Part shown: positions 18,800-28,721 of the stretch, piece after piece | Numbering within the stretch: position 1 is the first letter of the stretch | Layout: each line of letters begins with the position of its first letter | NCBI GenBank assembly: GCA_034530615.2 | Contig: JAVRCV020000073.1 | Span: 128,001 to 192,000 of the forward strand | Direction of reading: 5' to 3' | Origin: Aulosira sp. ZfuVER01 | GTDB lineage: Bacteria; Cyanobacteriota; Cyanobacteriia; Cyanobacteriales; Nostocaceae | DNA length: 64,000 nt | The notes under the pieces: generated by a model | The model's database searches: none | What the model was told of the DNA's origin: nothing | What the model saw: only the letters and a program-made list of their open reading frames with translations | Made by a program: the position numbers and the translations under genes

Positions 18800-21700
18800 T
18801 CAAGCAGATGTATGGTCGGTTTGCAATTTAATTCCCAAAACTTGGGTGTAAGCGCCCCGTGCTTGAGTAACGCCAATTGTGCGTTCGGCTGATTCTATCA
18901 TCGGTCGGCGCAAACTCACAACTATAAATTGTGCTTGTTTTGCCTGTTGTTTAATCATTCTAGCTAATCGCTCTACGTTTGCCCCATCCAAAAACATATC
19001 GACTTCGTCAAAAGCGTAGAAGGGTGAAGGGCGATAGCGTTGCAAGGAAAAGATAAAGCTTAAGGCTGTGAGAGATTTTTCACCACCGGACATGGAAGCT
19101 AATCTTTGCACCGGTTTTCCTTTGGGGTGTGCTACCAGATTGAGTCCACTGCTAAAGGGATCTTCGGGATCGTCTAGTTGTAGGTAGCCATCACCGTCGG
19201 AAAGGGTGGCGAAAATTGATTGGAAGTTTTCGTTTACTGCGTCGAAGGCTTCTTTAAAGGCGCGTTGACGCAATGTAGTAAAGTTTTCAATCCGCAAAAG
19301 TAATTCTGTGCGCTCTCCTTCTAATGTTTCTAGTTTTTGCGTCAGTTCTTGCAGGCGGTTTTGGGTGCGTTCATATTCTTCTAAGGCCAGCATATTTACT
19401 GGTTCCATTGCTTGCAAGCGTTTGGCAAGCGATCGCAATTCTTTCTGCAATTCTTCTAAGTCTACTTGATCGGGTACTTCTGGCAGAGGATCGGGCAATT
19501 CTGGCGCTAGGGTTTGCAGTTGCTCTTTGACGTTAACTAATTCCTCACGCCGTGCTACAAGAGTTTCTTGGAGTTTTTCCAGTTCCCATTCTAATTGTTG
19601 TTGACGCAGGAGATGCGATCGCAATTCTTGTTCGGTGCGATCGCGTTTTTGCTTTTCTTCCCCTAAATTCTGTTCCATCTGGCTCAACGTCGCCCGCATT
19701 TCGGCAATTTGGGTGCTGAGTGCTGAGTGCTGGGTACTGAGTGCAGTTAGTTGATTTTGCTGTGTTTCTTGCTCCTGCTGGTATTGAGCAATTCGTTCCT
19801 CGGCTTCTTGGATTTTTTCTTGTAAGCGCTGTTGCTGATTTTCGAGATTTTTTAATCTTTGTTCGGCTTCGCGTAAGGCTGTCTCTCTTTGTTGTAATTG
19901 TTGCTCTTGGTTTTTAATGGTTGCTTGGATTTGTTGCCATTCGCTGGGGGTTTGGGAGGCTTCTAACTCCGCTAAAGTTTGTCGCAATTGTTGCAACTGC
20001 GTTTCTTGTCCTGGTAATTCCCGATCTAGAATCTCCAAGCGAGATTGAGCAGTGGCGAATTTTTCGTTATTTTGCGCTAATTGCGATCGCGTTGTTTCTA
20101 ACTGCGCTGTCAAAGTTTTAATTTCTTTTTGCAACTGTTCTAATTGCAACTGCTGTTCGCGCCGCGCTTGACGTGCTTCTGTGACTTCTTGCGCCAAGGC
20201 TTTGGTTTTGATTGATAGCTTATTGATGGCTTCACCACAACGATCTAAAACTCGCTCAATTTCTCCTAAGCGATTTCTTAAAGCGGCGACTTCTTCCGGT
20301 TCGGCGGCTTCCACGTTCCCAAACCGCAACGATGAACGCTGGTTGTTGCTACCACCAGTCATCGCACCGCTAGTTTCTAATAATTCGCCGTCTAAGGTGA
20401 CAATGCGGTATAAACCTAAGTTTTTCCGCGCCTGTTCTAAGGTAGAAAATACGACGGTGTTACCAAATACATAGCTAAAAACATCTTTATAACGGCGATC
20501 GCACTCAACTAAATTTACAGCATAGTTGACGAAGCCACTGGCTAGACGCAGTGTGGCATCTTGGGTAAATCTGGGAGCGTTAATTTTATTTAAGGGTAAA
20601 AAAGTAGCTCTCCCGGCGCGTTTCTGCTTTAACAGTTCAATCCCAGCAGCCGCAACACCATCATCTTCCACCACAATATGTCCTAAACGCCCACCAGCAG
20701 CAATTTCCAAAGCTAGCTGAAAACGGGGTTCGACTCTGCCTAACTGTACCACTAAGCCACAAAGTCCCGGCATTCCTGATTGCATGATGACTTTGCTAGC
20801 TTGAGTTCCTTGGATTTCTTGTTGTGCTTGCGCTTGCGCTTCAAGTTTATCTAACTGTCGTTGTTTTTCCCGTTGTTCTTGTAAAAGCCGCTTTTGCGTA
20901 TCCTGTTGGATTTGCAGTTCTTGTTCTGTGGCTGCGAGATTTTGCGCTAAGTTTTGGATCGGTTCGCTAGAGGCGTTAAATTCTGTTTCTAGGCGACTAC
21001 AATCAGCTTGTTTTGTGGCTAATTCTGGTTCTAAAGTGGCAATTAGCTGGGTTTGCTCTTGAATTTGCTGCTGTAGTTGGCTATTACGCTCTGTTAACTG
21101 TGCTTGCTCAGTGCGTTGGGGTTCGAGAGTTTGCAGCAAAGTTTCGATTTGACGGTTTAACGCCGTTTGTTGCTGTACCCACGCTTCCGAAGCCGAAGCA
21201 ATTTCTGCTGCTGCTTGGCGAGAAACTTCTAAACCTTGTTGCGTCTCATCCCGCTGCTGCTGACAGTAGACGATTGATTGCTTTTCGACAACCTGAGTTT
21301 GCGCAATTTGTTCTAGGGAACGTTGGTGTTGTTGAATTTCTTGCTGGCTTTGCGCCTGACGTTTGGTAGTTTCTTGAGTGGCTGTTTCTAATTCGCTGCG
21401 TTGACGCTGGAGTTGTTTGTACTCAGCTTCTTGGGTAGCGAGGCTAGATTGTACCGCTAAAAGTTCCTCTTCCCCCAAAGCTTTCACATGAGCATTGAGT
21501 TGATCGAGTTCAACGGTGGTTTGCTCAATTGTAGTGTTGAGAGTTGTCAGTTCCGCCGAAAGTTCTTGTGATTTGCGATCGCCATTTTGAATTTGGTTAG
21601 CTAATTTTTCTTGCTGTGCTTGTAGAGAACGCCACGATAACACTGCTTCCCAAGATTGTTTGGCGAGATATTCGGCGCGGAGTTTTTGGTATTTTTCGGC

Positions 21701-22444
21701 TTTGGCTCGGTCTTGAGAAAGGCGATCGCGTTGTACAGTTAATTCTGTCTCAATAATCCGACAACTATCTTCTTTCTCTTTCACCTCATCTAAAGTATTC
21801 TTGGCTTGGTGAATTTTGCGATCGAACGCTGCTACTCCAGCCAATTCATCAATAATTTCTCGCCGTTCTCTAGCGTTCATGGAGATAATGCTGGTGACAT
21901 CCCCTTGAAGAACAACGTTATAGCCTTCGGGGTAAATCCGCAGTGTCTCTAATGCTTCATGTAACTCCGTGAGCGTGCAAGATGAGCCGTTGATATAGTA
22001 ATTCGATGTATAAGTTCCTTGGTGTGTCACTCGCAGCTTTCTGGTGACACTCCATTCTCCCGATTCGAGATTTGGGATGTGAGGTTTGGAATTTTCTTCC
22101 TCAACTACCTCTATTACTTCAATTTCCTCTAAGTTTTCTAGGTTTTGCGCCTTTGTATCGTTGTGTGAGACTGCATCAGTAATATCAAACGTCACCGTGA
22201 CACTAGCTTCCACAGTCGCACGACTTTTAGCTGTTTGAGTATTATTTACCAAATCTGGTAGGCGATCGGCACGCATTCCCTTAGAACTAGCGAGTCCGAG
22301 ACAAAACAGCAGCGCATCGAGAATATTCGATTTACCAGAACCATTTGGCCCAGATATAACAGTAAACCCCCCCAGCAAAGGAACTTGGGTAGTACCACCG
22401 AAAGACTTGAAGTTGGTAAGTTCGACGCGCTTGACATGAACCAT
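18800..22444 (-). CDS. smc: chromosome segregation protein SMC
   Basis: GPNGSGKSN Walker A, coiled coils, hinge (GRATFLPL), MSGGEKS, FDEVD. Confidence 0.97.
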   Translation of the reverse strand: MVHVKRVELTNFKSFGGTTQVPLLGGFTVISGPNGSGKSNILDALLFCLGLASSKGMRADRLPDLVNNTQTAKSRATVEASVTVTFDITDAVSHNDTKAQNLENLEEIEVIEVVEEENSKPHIPNLESGEWSVTRKLRVTHQGTYTSNYYINGSSCTLTELHEALETLRIYPEGYNVVLQGDVTSIISMNARERREIIDELAGVAAFDRKIHQAKNTLDEVKEKEDSCRIIETELTVQRDRLSQDRAKAEKYQKLRAEYLAKQSWEAVLSWRSLQAQQEKLANQIQNGDRKSQELSAELTTLNTTIEQTTVELDQLNAHVKALGEEELLAVQSSLATQEAEYKQLQRQRSELETATQETTKRQAQSQQEIQQHQRSLEQIAQTQVVEKQSIVYCQQQRDETQQGLEVSRQAAAEIASASEAWVQQQTALNRQIETLLQTLEPQRTEQAQLTERNSQLQQQIQEQTQLIATLEPELATKQADCSRLETEFNASSEPIQNLAQNLAATEQELQIQQDTQKRLLQEQREKQRQLDKLEAQAQAQQEIQGTQASKVIMQSGMPGLCGLVVQLGRVEPRFQLALEIAAGGRLGHIVVEDDGVAAAGIELLKQKRAGRATFLPLNKINAPRFTQDATLRLASGFVNYAVNLVECDRRYKDVFSYVFGNTVVFSTLEQARKNLGLYRIVTLDGELLETSGAMTGGSNNQRSSLRFGNVEAAEPEEVAALRNRLGEIERVLDRCGEAINKLSIKTKALAQEVTEARQARREQQLQLEQLQKEIKTLTAQLETTRSQLAQNNEKFATAQSRLEILDRELPGQETQLQQLRQTLAELEASQTPSEWQQIQATIKNQEQQLQQRETALREAEQRLKNLENQQQRLQEKIQEAEERIAQYQQEQETQQNQLTALSTQHSALSTQIAEMRATLSQMEQNLGEEKQKRDRTEQELRSHLLRQQQLEWELEKLQETLVARREELVNVKEQLQTLAPELPDPLPEVPDQVDLEELQKELRSLAKRLQAMEPVNMLALEEYERTQNRLQELTQKLETLEGERTELLLRIENFTTLRQRAFKEAFDAVNENFQSIFATLSDGDGYLQLDDPEDPFSSGLNLVAHPKGKPVQRLASMSGGEKSLTALSFIFSLQRYRPSPFYAFDEVDMFLDGANVERLARMIKQQAKQAQFIVVSLRRPMIESAERTIGVTQARGAYTQVLGIKLQTDHTSA
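19710..19744. repeat. heptamer tandem repeat within smc
   Basis: TGGGTGC TGAGTGC TGAGTGC TGGGTAC TGAGTGC, encoding ALSTQHSALSTQ. Confidence 0.75.
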
Positions 22445-22755
22445 AGGCGCTCTTTTGCTGGGCTAATGAAGTAAAAGTGTAGCAAGGAAATATAAATTGT
22501 CTACTAATTCAGCCAGAGAATTTCGGATTTATCCAACCACTCTTGGCGCAAACAACAAAGACAAGAGTAAGGGAAGTTTATCAGCACTGGTAAGTAATTG
22601 ATCGAGTTTTAATCTATCGTTAGGCATCGCTATTTCAGCGAGTTAGCCAAATACTCTACATTCTCCTGTAATGTCGATTTTGAACATTTGTACTAACTTG
22701 AATATTGCAGTCTTACTTATATCATGTTTGAGTAAGGCTGTGACGTGACTACGCA

Positions 22756-22818
22756 AGTTACTGTCCTTACTACAGAAGTTGCTGTCCTTACTACAGGAGT
22801 TGCTGTCCTTACTACACG
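22756..22818. repeat. 3 x 21-bp tandem repeat
   Basis: AGTT(A/G)CTGTCCTTACTACA(N2) three times between smc and the GH gene. Confidence 0.85.
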
Positions 22819-23007
22819 ATGATTGTGAATTAGTCCGACTATTCGCCAGATGTCTCATTAATTCAAAGTTGGGAATATTGTTATTCAAGAATGATTTCAA
22901 ATTTTTATATGTTCTTAAACCAGTGGCTTCTGGCTGCAATCTGAGGTGTCAGCAGCGATCGCACGTATGTTGCTAAATTAACAAAGGAGAATCAAAATCA
23001 CAGCTAG

Positions 23008-25212
23008 GTGCAATCCACAATGGTATCTATTTCTACACCGTTCTCAGATATTAATAACCATTGGGCACGCTTATTTATTCAAGCTTTATCAGCGCGTCGC
23101 ATTTTAAATGGATATCCTAACGGGACTTTTCGCCCAGATAACTCAGTAACTCGTGCGGAATTTGCTGCCATTATTGGGGCAGTCTTTACAGTACCTCCAA
23201 AGCGGCAATATGTCCCTTTTACCGATGTACCTGCTAAACACTGGGCTTTTAATGCTATTCAAAAAACTTATGAGACAGGATTTATTAGTGGATATCCCGA
23301 TCGCACTTTTCGTCCCGACAATAGAATTTCTCGGGGAGATGTTTTTGTTGCTATAGTCAACGGCTTGGATCTTGCTTCTAAGATCAAACCTGATTTGGTA
23401 AGTAGATTGTCGCAATTCTATCAAGATGCAAATGCGATCGCAGCCTATGCAAAAAATCAGGTATCTATTGCAACAAGTGCTGGGTTAGTGGTTAGCTATC
23501 CAAATATCAAATTACTGAACCCAAATATCGCAGCGACTCGTGCTGATGTAGCAGCTATAGTCTATCAAGCTTTAGTCTATTTGGGACAAGCAGACAAAAT
23601 TAACTCTGCCTACTTAGTCATCCCACCAACGCCAGCACCCAGCCCAACACCAAGCACCACACCAACGCCGACACCAACACCAACACCAACACCTATACCT
23701 ATTCCAGTCCCAACACCAACGCCAACGCCGACACCCATTCCCATACCAACGCCAACACCCACCCCAACACCCATTCCCATACCAACACCAACACCCACCC
23801 CAACACCCACTCCCATACCATCAAATACAATCAGAATAAATCATCAACGGGAGTTTCGCGGGGCGTGGGTAGCATCAGTCTGGAATAGTGATTGGCCTTC
23901 TAAGCCAGGACTACCTGTTGCACAGCAGAAATCTGAACTACTGGCAATTATCACCAAATTACAGCAGCTGAACTTTAATGCACTAATTTTGCAGGTGCGG
24001 CCAGAAGGGGATGCGTTGTATGCTTCATCGTTAGAACCTTGGAGTGCTTGGTTAACAGGAACTCAGGGTAAAGCGCCAGAACCATTTTATGACCCCTTAG
24101 AGTTTGCGATCGCAGAATGCCACAAGCGCAATATTGAACTTCATGCTTGGTTCAACCCTTATCGCGCTAAAACTTCAATTCAGCAAGGGTCAAATGTCAG
24201 TCCCCACATCGCAGTTACTAATCCCGATGTTGTTTATAAATGGGGTAATCAGCTGTGGATGGATCCAGGATTGAAAGTTGTGCAAGATCGGGCGTACAAC
24301 GTCATTCTTGATGTTGTACGCCGTTATGACATCGATGGCGTACACTTAGATGATTATTTTTATCCCTATCCCATATCAGGTCAAACTTTCCCTGATAACA
24401 AAACCTACGCAGCTTATAAAAACGCTGGCGGCGGACTCAGCTTGGGTGACTGGCGCAGAGAAAATGTCAATCTCATGGTGGTGCGTCTAGCTGAAGGGAT
24501 TAAAGCTGCAAAACCCTACGTTAAATTTGGCATTAGTCCCTTTGGTATTTATCGCCCCGGACAACCATCAGGAATTACCGGCTTAGATGCTTACGATGTA
24601 CTCTACGCCGACTCGAAAAAATGGCTAGAACAAGGTTGGATTGATTACATTGCTCCTCAACTTTACTGGCGTACCGACCAAACACAACAAAGTTATTCTG
24701 CCTTACTTAAGTGGTGGACACAGGTAAACACAAAACAAAAACACGTTTACGCTGGTAACAATTTAACAGAACCCAGCAACAAGAGCCGCGAGAGTGAAGA
24801 GATTGAAAAGCAGGTAATAATTAGTCGTAGCCAAGCCGGACTGTTGTCACTGGGGAACATCTTCTTTAATTTGGGTGTTTTGATGGACAATAGTCAGGGC
24901 ATTGCTGATAAATTCCAAAGTCTGCTTTATAACAAGCCTGCTCTACCTCCTATTTTGCCTTGGCATGATACAACACCACCAGCACCGCCTACAGCATTGC
25001 AATATGTTAACGGCAAACTCAATTGGCAACCTGGTGATAATCAACCAGTTCGTTCTTGGGCACTTTATCGGCAAACTGGGGATAATTGGGTAATTCAGCG
25101 AGTTTTATCTGCTGGAACAAACTTTGCTACTGTAGGGCCGGGAACTTATGCCGTCTCCGCAGTTAACAGGTTAGCGAATGAGAGTTTCGGAACAGTAATT
25201 ACAGTCAGTTAA
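23008..25212 (+). CDS. S-layer-homology + Pro/Thr linker + glycosyl hydrolase-like family 10 (DUF187) protein
   Basis: SLH motifs (TRAEFA, FRPD), (PT)n linker, [31 protein letters not shown]. Confidence 0.9.
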   Translation: MQSTMVSISTPFSDINNHWARLFIQALSARRILNGYPNGTFRPDNSVTRAEFAAIIGAVFTVPPKRQYVPFTDVPAKHWAFNAIQKTYETGFISGYPDRTFRPDNRISRGDVFVAIVNGLDLASKIKPDLVSRLSQFYQDANAIAAYAKNQVSIATSAGLVVSYPNIKLLNPNIAATRADVAAIVYQALVYLGQADKINSAYLVIPPTPAPSPTPSTTPTPTPTPTPTPIPIPVPTPTPTPTPIPIPTPTPTPTPIPIPTPTPTPTPTPIPSNTIRINHQREFRGAWVASVWNSDWPSKPGLPVAQQKSELLAIITKLQQLNFNALILQVRPEGDALYASSLEPWSAWLTGTQGKAPEPFYDPLEFAIAECHKRNIELHAWFNPYRAKTSIQQGSNVSPHIAVTNPDVVYKWGNQLWMDPGLKVVQDRAYNVILDVVRRYDIDGVHLDDYFYPYPISGQTFPDNKTYAAYKNAGGGLSLGDWRRENVNLMVVRLAEGIKAAKPYVKFGISPFGIYRPGQPSGITGLDAYDVLYADSKKWLEQGWIDYIAPQLYWRTDQTQQSYSALLKWWTQVNTKQKHVYAGNNLTEPSNKSRESEEIEKQVIISRSQAGLLSLGNIFFNLGVLMDNSQGIADKFQSLLYNKPALPPILPWHDTTPPAPPTALQYVNGKLNWQPGDNQPVRSWALYRQTGDNWVIQRVLSAGTNFATVGPGTYAVSAVNRLANESFGTVITVS

Positions 25213-25309
25213 TTGTAATTAATTACCGCAGTTTTCAGGCTGTTGCATTCTGTGCGATCGCTTCTTATACCAACATGCTTCTTGTATTAAGCCAATCCTT
25301 TGGATATCA

Positions 25310-25363
25310 AACCACAGATGAAGGCAGATAAACATAGATAATTATCGGCATTCATTTGTGGTT
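25310..25363. repeat. ACAGAT-based imperfect inverted repeat
   Basis: AACCACAGATGAA...TTCATTTGTGGTT; relatives at about 30045-30085 and 61899-61932. Confidence 0.55.
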
Positions 25364-25574
25364 AGTTTTTGATTATTTTCAATTTTCCTAATAAATCTAA
25401 TCCCTCTTTTGTTACTTTCAGCAGAGAATAATCCCTAAGTCTTATTATTGGGTTATTTATCAACAAGCTAAGTTAAATGAGAAAATGATCATGCGATCGC
25501 TCAATTGATGATTTTGTCTAAGGTTCAGATTGGGTAGACTATTATTCTCTCCCCGTAGTGATAAAAGAGGGCTA

Positions 25575-25674
25575 ATACCAATTTGAAAAAAGAATGTTAC
25601 AGATGCTAGGGGCACAGCAATGCTGTGCGCTCTAGAATATATTGATGTGTCGCAAACATTATTTGAATTGGTAT
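25575..25674. mobile_element. 100-bp MITE-like element with an internal REP-like hairpin
   Basis: TIR ATACCAATT/AATTGGTAT; internal TAGGGGCACAGCA-A-TGCTGTGC; homologous to 50542-50641. Confidence 0.7.
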
Positions 25675-25751
25675 AAGTATCCTAATTAGTTACAGTTTAA
25701 ATAGGTTATAGCTTAACCCTTGACAGATCTTTGAGAATCGCTATCTCGATC

Positions 25752-26160
25752 ATGCCTTCTCCTTTCCCCGGAATAGACCCCTACTTAGAACACCCAGAAA
25801 TTAGTCTTAGGAAGTTCTACTCATCTGGTGGAAATTGATTTACTCCGGGTTTGGGAACCCATGCCAGTATTTGCCAACGGTAATCAAAATCACTACCGAA
25901 TTTTAGTCAGTCGCGGAGACTGCCGTCCCAGTGCCGATCTCTATGCTTTTAACCTACAGGATGCGATCCCGCCATTTCCCCTTCCTTTGCGGGCGGGCGA
26001 TCGCGAACCCATTATTGATTTACAGAAGTTGTTAAGTGACATATACGATCGCGCAGGTTACGATCTCAAACTCGATTATACTTCCGATCCCGTACCACCA
26101 CTATCAGCAACTGATGCAGCTTGGGCAAATGCTTTATTAATAGAGAAAGGCTGGCGCTGA
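25752..26160 (+). pseudogene. DUF4058 family pseudogene (internal deletion plus frameshift)
   Basis: typical N-terminus MPSPFPGIDPYLEHPE joined out of frame to the C-terminal part LVLGSSTHLVEIDLLR...PLPLR. Confidence 0.8.
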
Positions 26161-26380
26161 AACTCTTTACGTAGTACATGAAATTTTTCTTGCCAACTTA
26201 CTTACTCATTTGCAGCTTGTTGTAATAGGTTGAGATTAATGAAATCGCTTCCCTTCATAAAGACTTTGACGAGGGAAGCGTGCCAATATCTGTTGCAATT
26301 ACAGATACTACTTTTGATGGCAATTTGGTACACGACTGAGGTTATACGAAAACAGCAAGCTAGAGTTTTAGATATCAGGC

Positions 26381-27079
26381 TCAACGTTGAACAGTCTGTG
26401 CAGATTGATTAAATAATAACTCCCGTGCCTTTTCAATATCTAATGCCTGGTTTTTGAAAGCTTCTGCCTTTTCATAAGCGCGAATTGTTGCCGGACGTGC
26501 CTTAATCGTCTCAAACCAGCGCTTCAGATTGGGAAAATCTTCTAGGTTCTGGCTTTGAATTTCATAAGGCACAATCCAAGGATAAGCGGCAATATCAGCA
26601 ATGGAATAATCGCCAGCGACAAATTCTCTATCTGCCAATCGTTTATCTAACACTGCATACAAGCGTCCTGTTTCTTTGACATAGCGGTTAATGGCATAGT
26701 CAATTTTTTCTGGTGCGTATTGGCTAAAGTGGTGGTTTTGTCCAGCCATTGGCCCTAAACCTGCCATCTGCCAGAATAGCCATTGTAAAACTTCTACGCG
26801 TTGGTGTACATCTTGCGGAATCAACTTCCCAGTTTTTTCTGCTAAATACAACAGAATTGCACCAGACTCAAACACAGAAATCGGCGCACTACCATTTGTC
26901 GGTTCATTATCAACAATTGCAGGGATGCGATTGTTAGGTGAAATCTGAAGAAAATCTGGCTTGAATTGCTCGCCAGCACCAATATTTACCGGAATAATGT
27001 TGTAAGGAATTCCAACTTCTTCCAAGAACATTGTGATTTTATGACCGTTGGGAGTTGTCCAATAATAAAGGTCAATCAT
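26381..27079 (-). CDS. glutathione S-transferase family protein (YfcG-like)
   Basis: MIDLYYWTTPNGHK, NNRIPAI, FESGAIL, WQMAGLGP. Confidence 0.92.
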   Translation of the reverse strand: MIDLYYWTTPNGHKITMFLEEVGIPYNIIPVNIGAGEQFKPDFLQISPNNRIPAIVDNEPTNGSAPISVFESGAILLYLAEKTGKLIPQDVHQRVEVLQWLFWQMAGLGPMAGQNHHFSQYAPEKIDYAINRYVKETGRLYAVLDKRLADREFVAGDYSIADIAAYPWIVPYEIQSQNLEDFPNLKRWFETIKARPATIRAYEKAEAFKNQALDIEKARELLFNQSAQTVQR

Positions 27080-27203
27080 GGTTATTTTTCCTGAATTTTA
27101 TGATTAAGTAAAAGGCAGAAGGCGGAAGGAAAAATTTAATTTTTGAGCAATTTGAATTATCTCTACCTAATCTGACGTATCTCGTGCTGCCGACTGATGT
27201 AGT

Positions 27204-27974
27204 TTATGAATCTGGTAATTTAGCAATTGCAGCCCAAACTCTATGGTGAACCTGCAAAATTGGTGTAGGATATTTCTCTTGCAGTAATGTTGCTAATTCC
27301 TGGTCAAATACTTCTACTTGTTCTGGGGTGATACTGGCTCCTACACCAGCGCTAGCACGTATCCGTCCGCGCCAATTCTCATGAGTGTAAGGTACAAAGA
27401 CATCATAGGAGAATGTTTGAATTTCCCGGAATCCTCCCTCAGCAATGTCTCTTAACCACTGGGGATGTAAACCACTACCGCCGCCCATTTTCCATTGGGG
27501 ATTGTGAGCTTCTATCAGTTTTTCTGTAGCTTCAACTACATTACCTTTTAAAGGTATCCAATCAAAATGAGCGATCGCAATATAACCATCAGCTCTTAAA
27601 ATCCGCTTGACTTCCTGCACAGCGCGGGGACGGTCAAACCAATGCCAGCATTGTCCAGTAGTCACCACATCAACGCTAGCATCTGGTAAACCAGTATTTT
27701 CCGCAGTTGCTATGCGATACTCTACCTGAACCTGGGCAGCTTGGTCTAATTGCTTTGCTTGTTCTACAAGTGATACTGATGGGTCTATGCCAATCACCTT
27801 CGCGCCTCTAGTAGCAAAGCCTCGTGCTAAGGTTCCTGTTCCTGTACCGAGGTCAACAATGTTTTGCTCTGGTAAACCAATACCGTATTTAGATAGTCTG
27901 TCAAATAAGGAACTGGGAAAACCAGCGCGGTGTTTGGCGTAATCAGTGGCAGTTATACCGAAATCTATTTTCAT
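27204..27974 (-). CDS. class I SAM-dependent methyltransferase
   Basis: VDLGTGTG, GQCWHWFD. Confidence 0.9.
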   Translation of the reverse strand: MKIDFGITATDYAKHRAGFPSSLFDRLSKYGIGLPEQNIVDLGTGTGTLARGFATRGAKVIGIDPSVSLVEQAKQLDQAAQVQVEYRIATAENTGLPDASVDVVTTGQCWHWFDRPRAVQEVKRILRADGYIAIAHFDWIPLKGNVVEATEKLIEAHNPQWKMGGGSGLHPQWLRDIAEGGFREIQTFSYDVFVPYTHENWRGRIRASAGVGASITPEQVEVFDQELATLLQEKYPTPILQVHHRVWAAIAKLPDS

Positions 27975-28008
27975 ATTTAGTAGCTCGGTAAAAATCTGGG
28001 AAACTTGA

Positions 28009-28698
28009 TTAAAAACGCTCGACCCAAGGACGCAATTCTACTTCCCAAGTCCAAGCGCTGCGGGGTTGATTTAAGATGTTGAGGTAAGTTTGGGCGATCG
28101 CATCCGGATCGAGGGTACTATCAGGATTATCTGCTGGATCTTGGCGTTCTGTGGAACGGATGGCTCCATCAATTACAAAATGCGCCACATGGATATTCTT
28201 CGGTGCTAGTTCCCTGGCAATGCTTTGAGCTAAACCCCGTAATGCAAATTTGCCCATCGCAAAAGGTGCAGATTGTGCATAACCTTTAACGCTGGCTGAG
28301 GCTCCAGTAAAAAAGATAGCACCGCCCCCCTGCTGTAACATCCTTCTAGCGGCAGCTTGGCCAACTAAAAAGCCTCCGTAAGCAGTGATGTCTAAAGTTG
28401 TTGCAACTTCGTGAGGATCTAAATCAATTAAAGATCCGCGAACTCGAAAACTAGGATTGTAAACAACAACTGTCGGGGCACTCAGTTTATTTTCAACATC
28501 GACAAATAACCGATCTACCTCCTCTGGTTTGGAAGCATCAGCAGCAAAGCTAACCGCTCCAATTTCACTACTCAGCTGAGTCAGTTTCTCAATGCGGCGA
28601 GCAGCTAAGGCTATGTTCAGCCCTTCTTTTGCAAATAAGCGAGCGATAGAAGCACTGAGTCCATTACCTGCTCCGACTATCAAAGCTGTTTCTGGCAT
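28009..28698 (-). CDS. SDR family oxidoreductase
   Basis: IVGAGNGLS, FTGASAS, HVAHFVIDG, WTWEVELRP. Confidence 0.9.
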   Translation of the reverse strand: MPETALIVGAGNGLSASIARLFAKEGLNIALAARRIEKLTQLSSEIGAVSFAADASKPEEVDRLFVDVENKLSAPTVVVYNPSFRVRGSLIDLDPHEVATTLDITAYGGFLVGQAAARRMLQQGGGAIFFTGASASVKGYAQSAPFAMGKFALRGLAQSIARELAPKNIHVAHFVIDGAIRSTERQDPADNPDSTLDPDAIAQTYLNILNQPRSAWTWEVELRPWVERF

Positions 28699-28721
28699 AG
28701 GTGCGATTTTCCTTTTGCTAA

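Noticed and set aside
22756..22818. Possible CRISPR array
   Set aside because: Repeats are contiguous with no spacers; no cas genes in the window
22643..22939. 98-aa minus-strand ORF with SKDSN repeats
   Set aside because: Its only pattern comes from the 21-bp tandem repeat; no recognisable domain or RBS
23610..23816. Gly-Val repeat ORF
   Set aside because: Antisense shadow of the Pro-Thr linker in the GH gene
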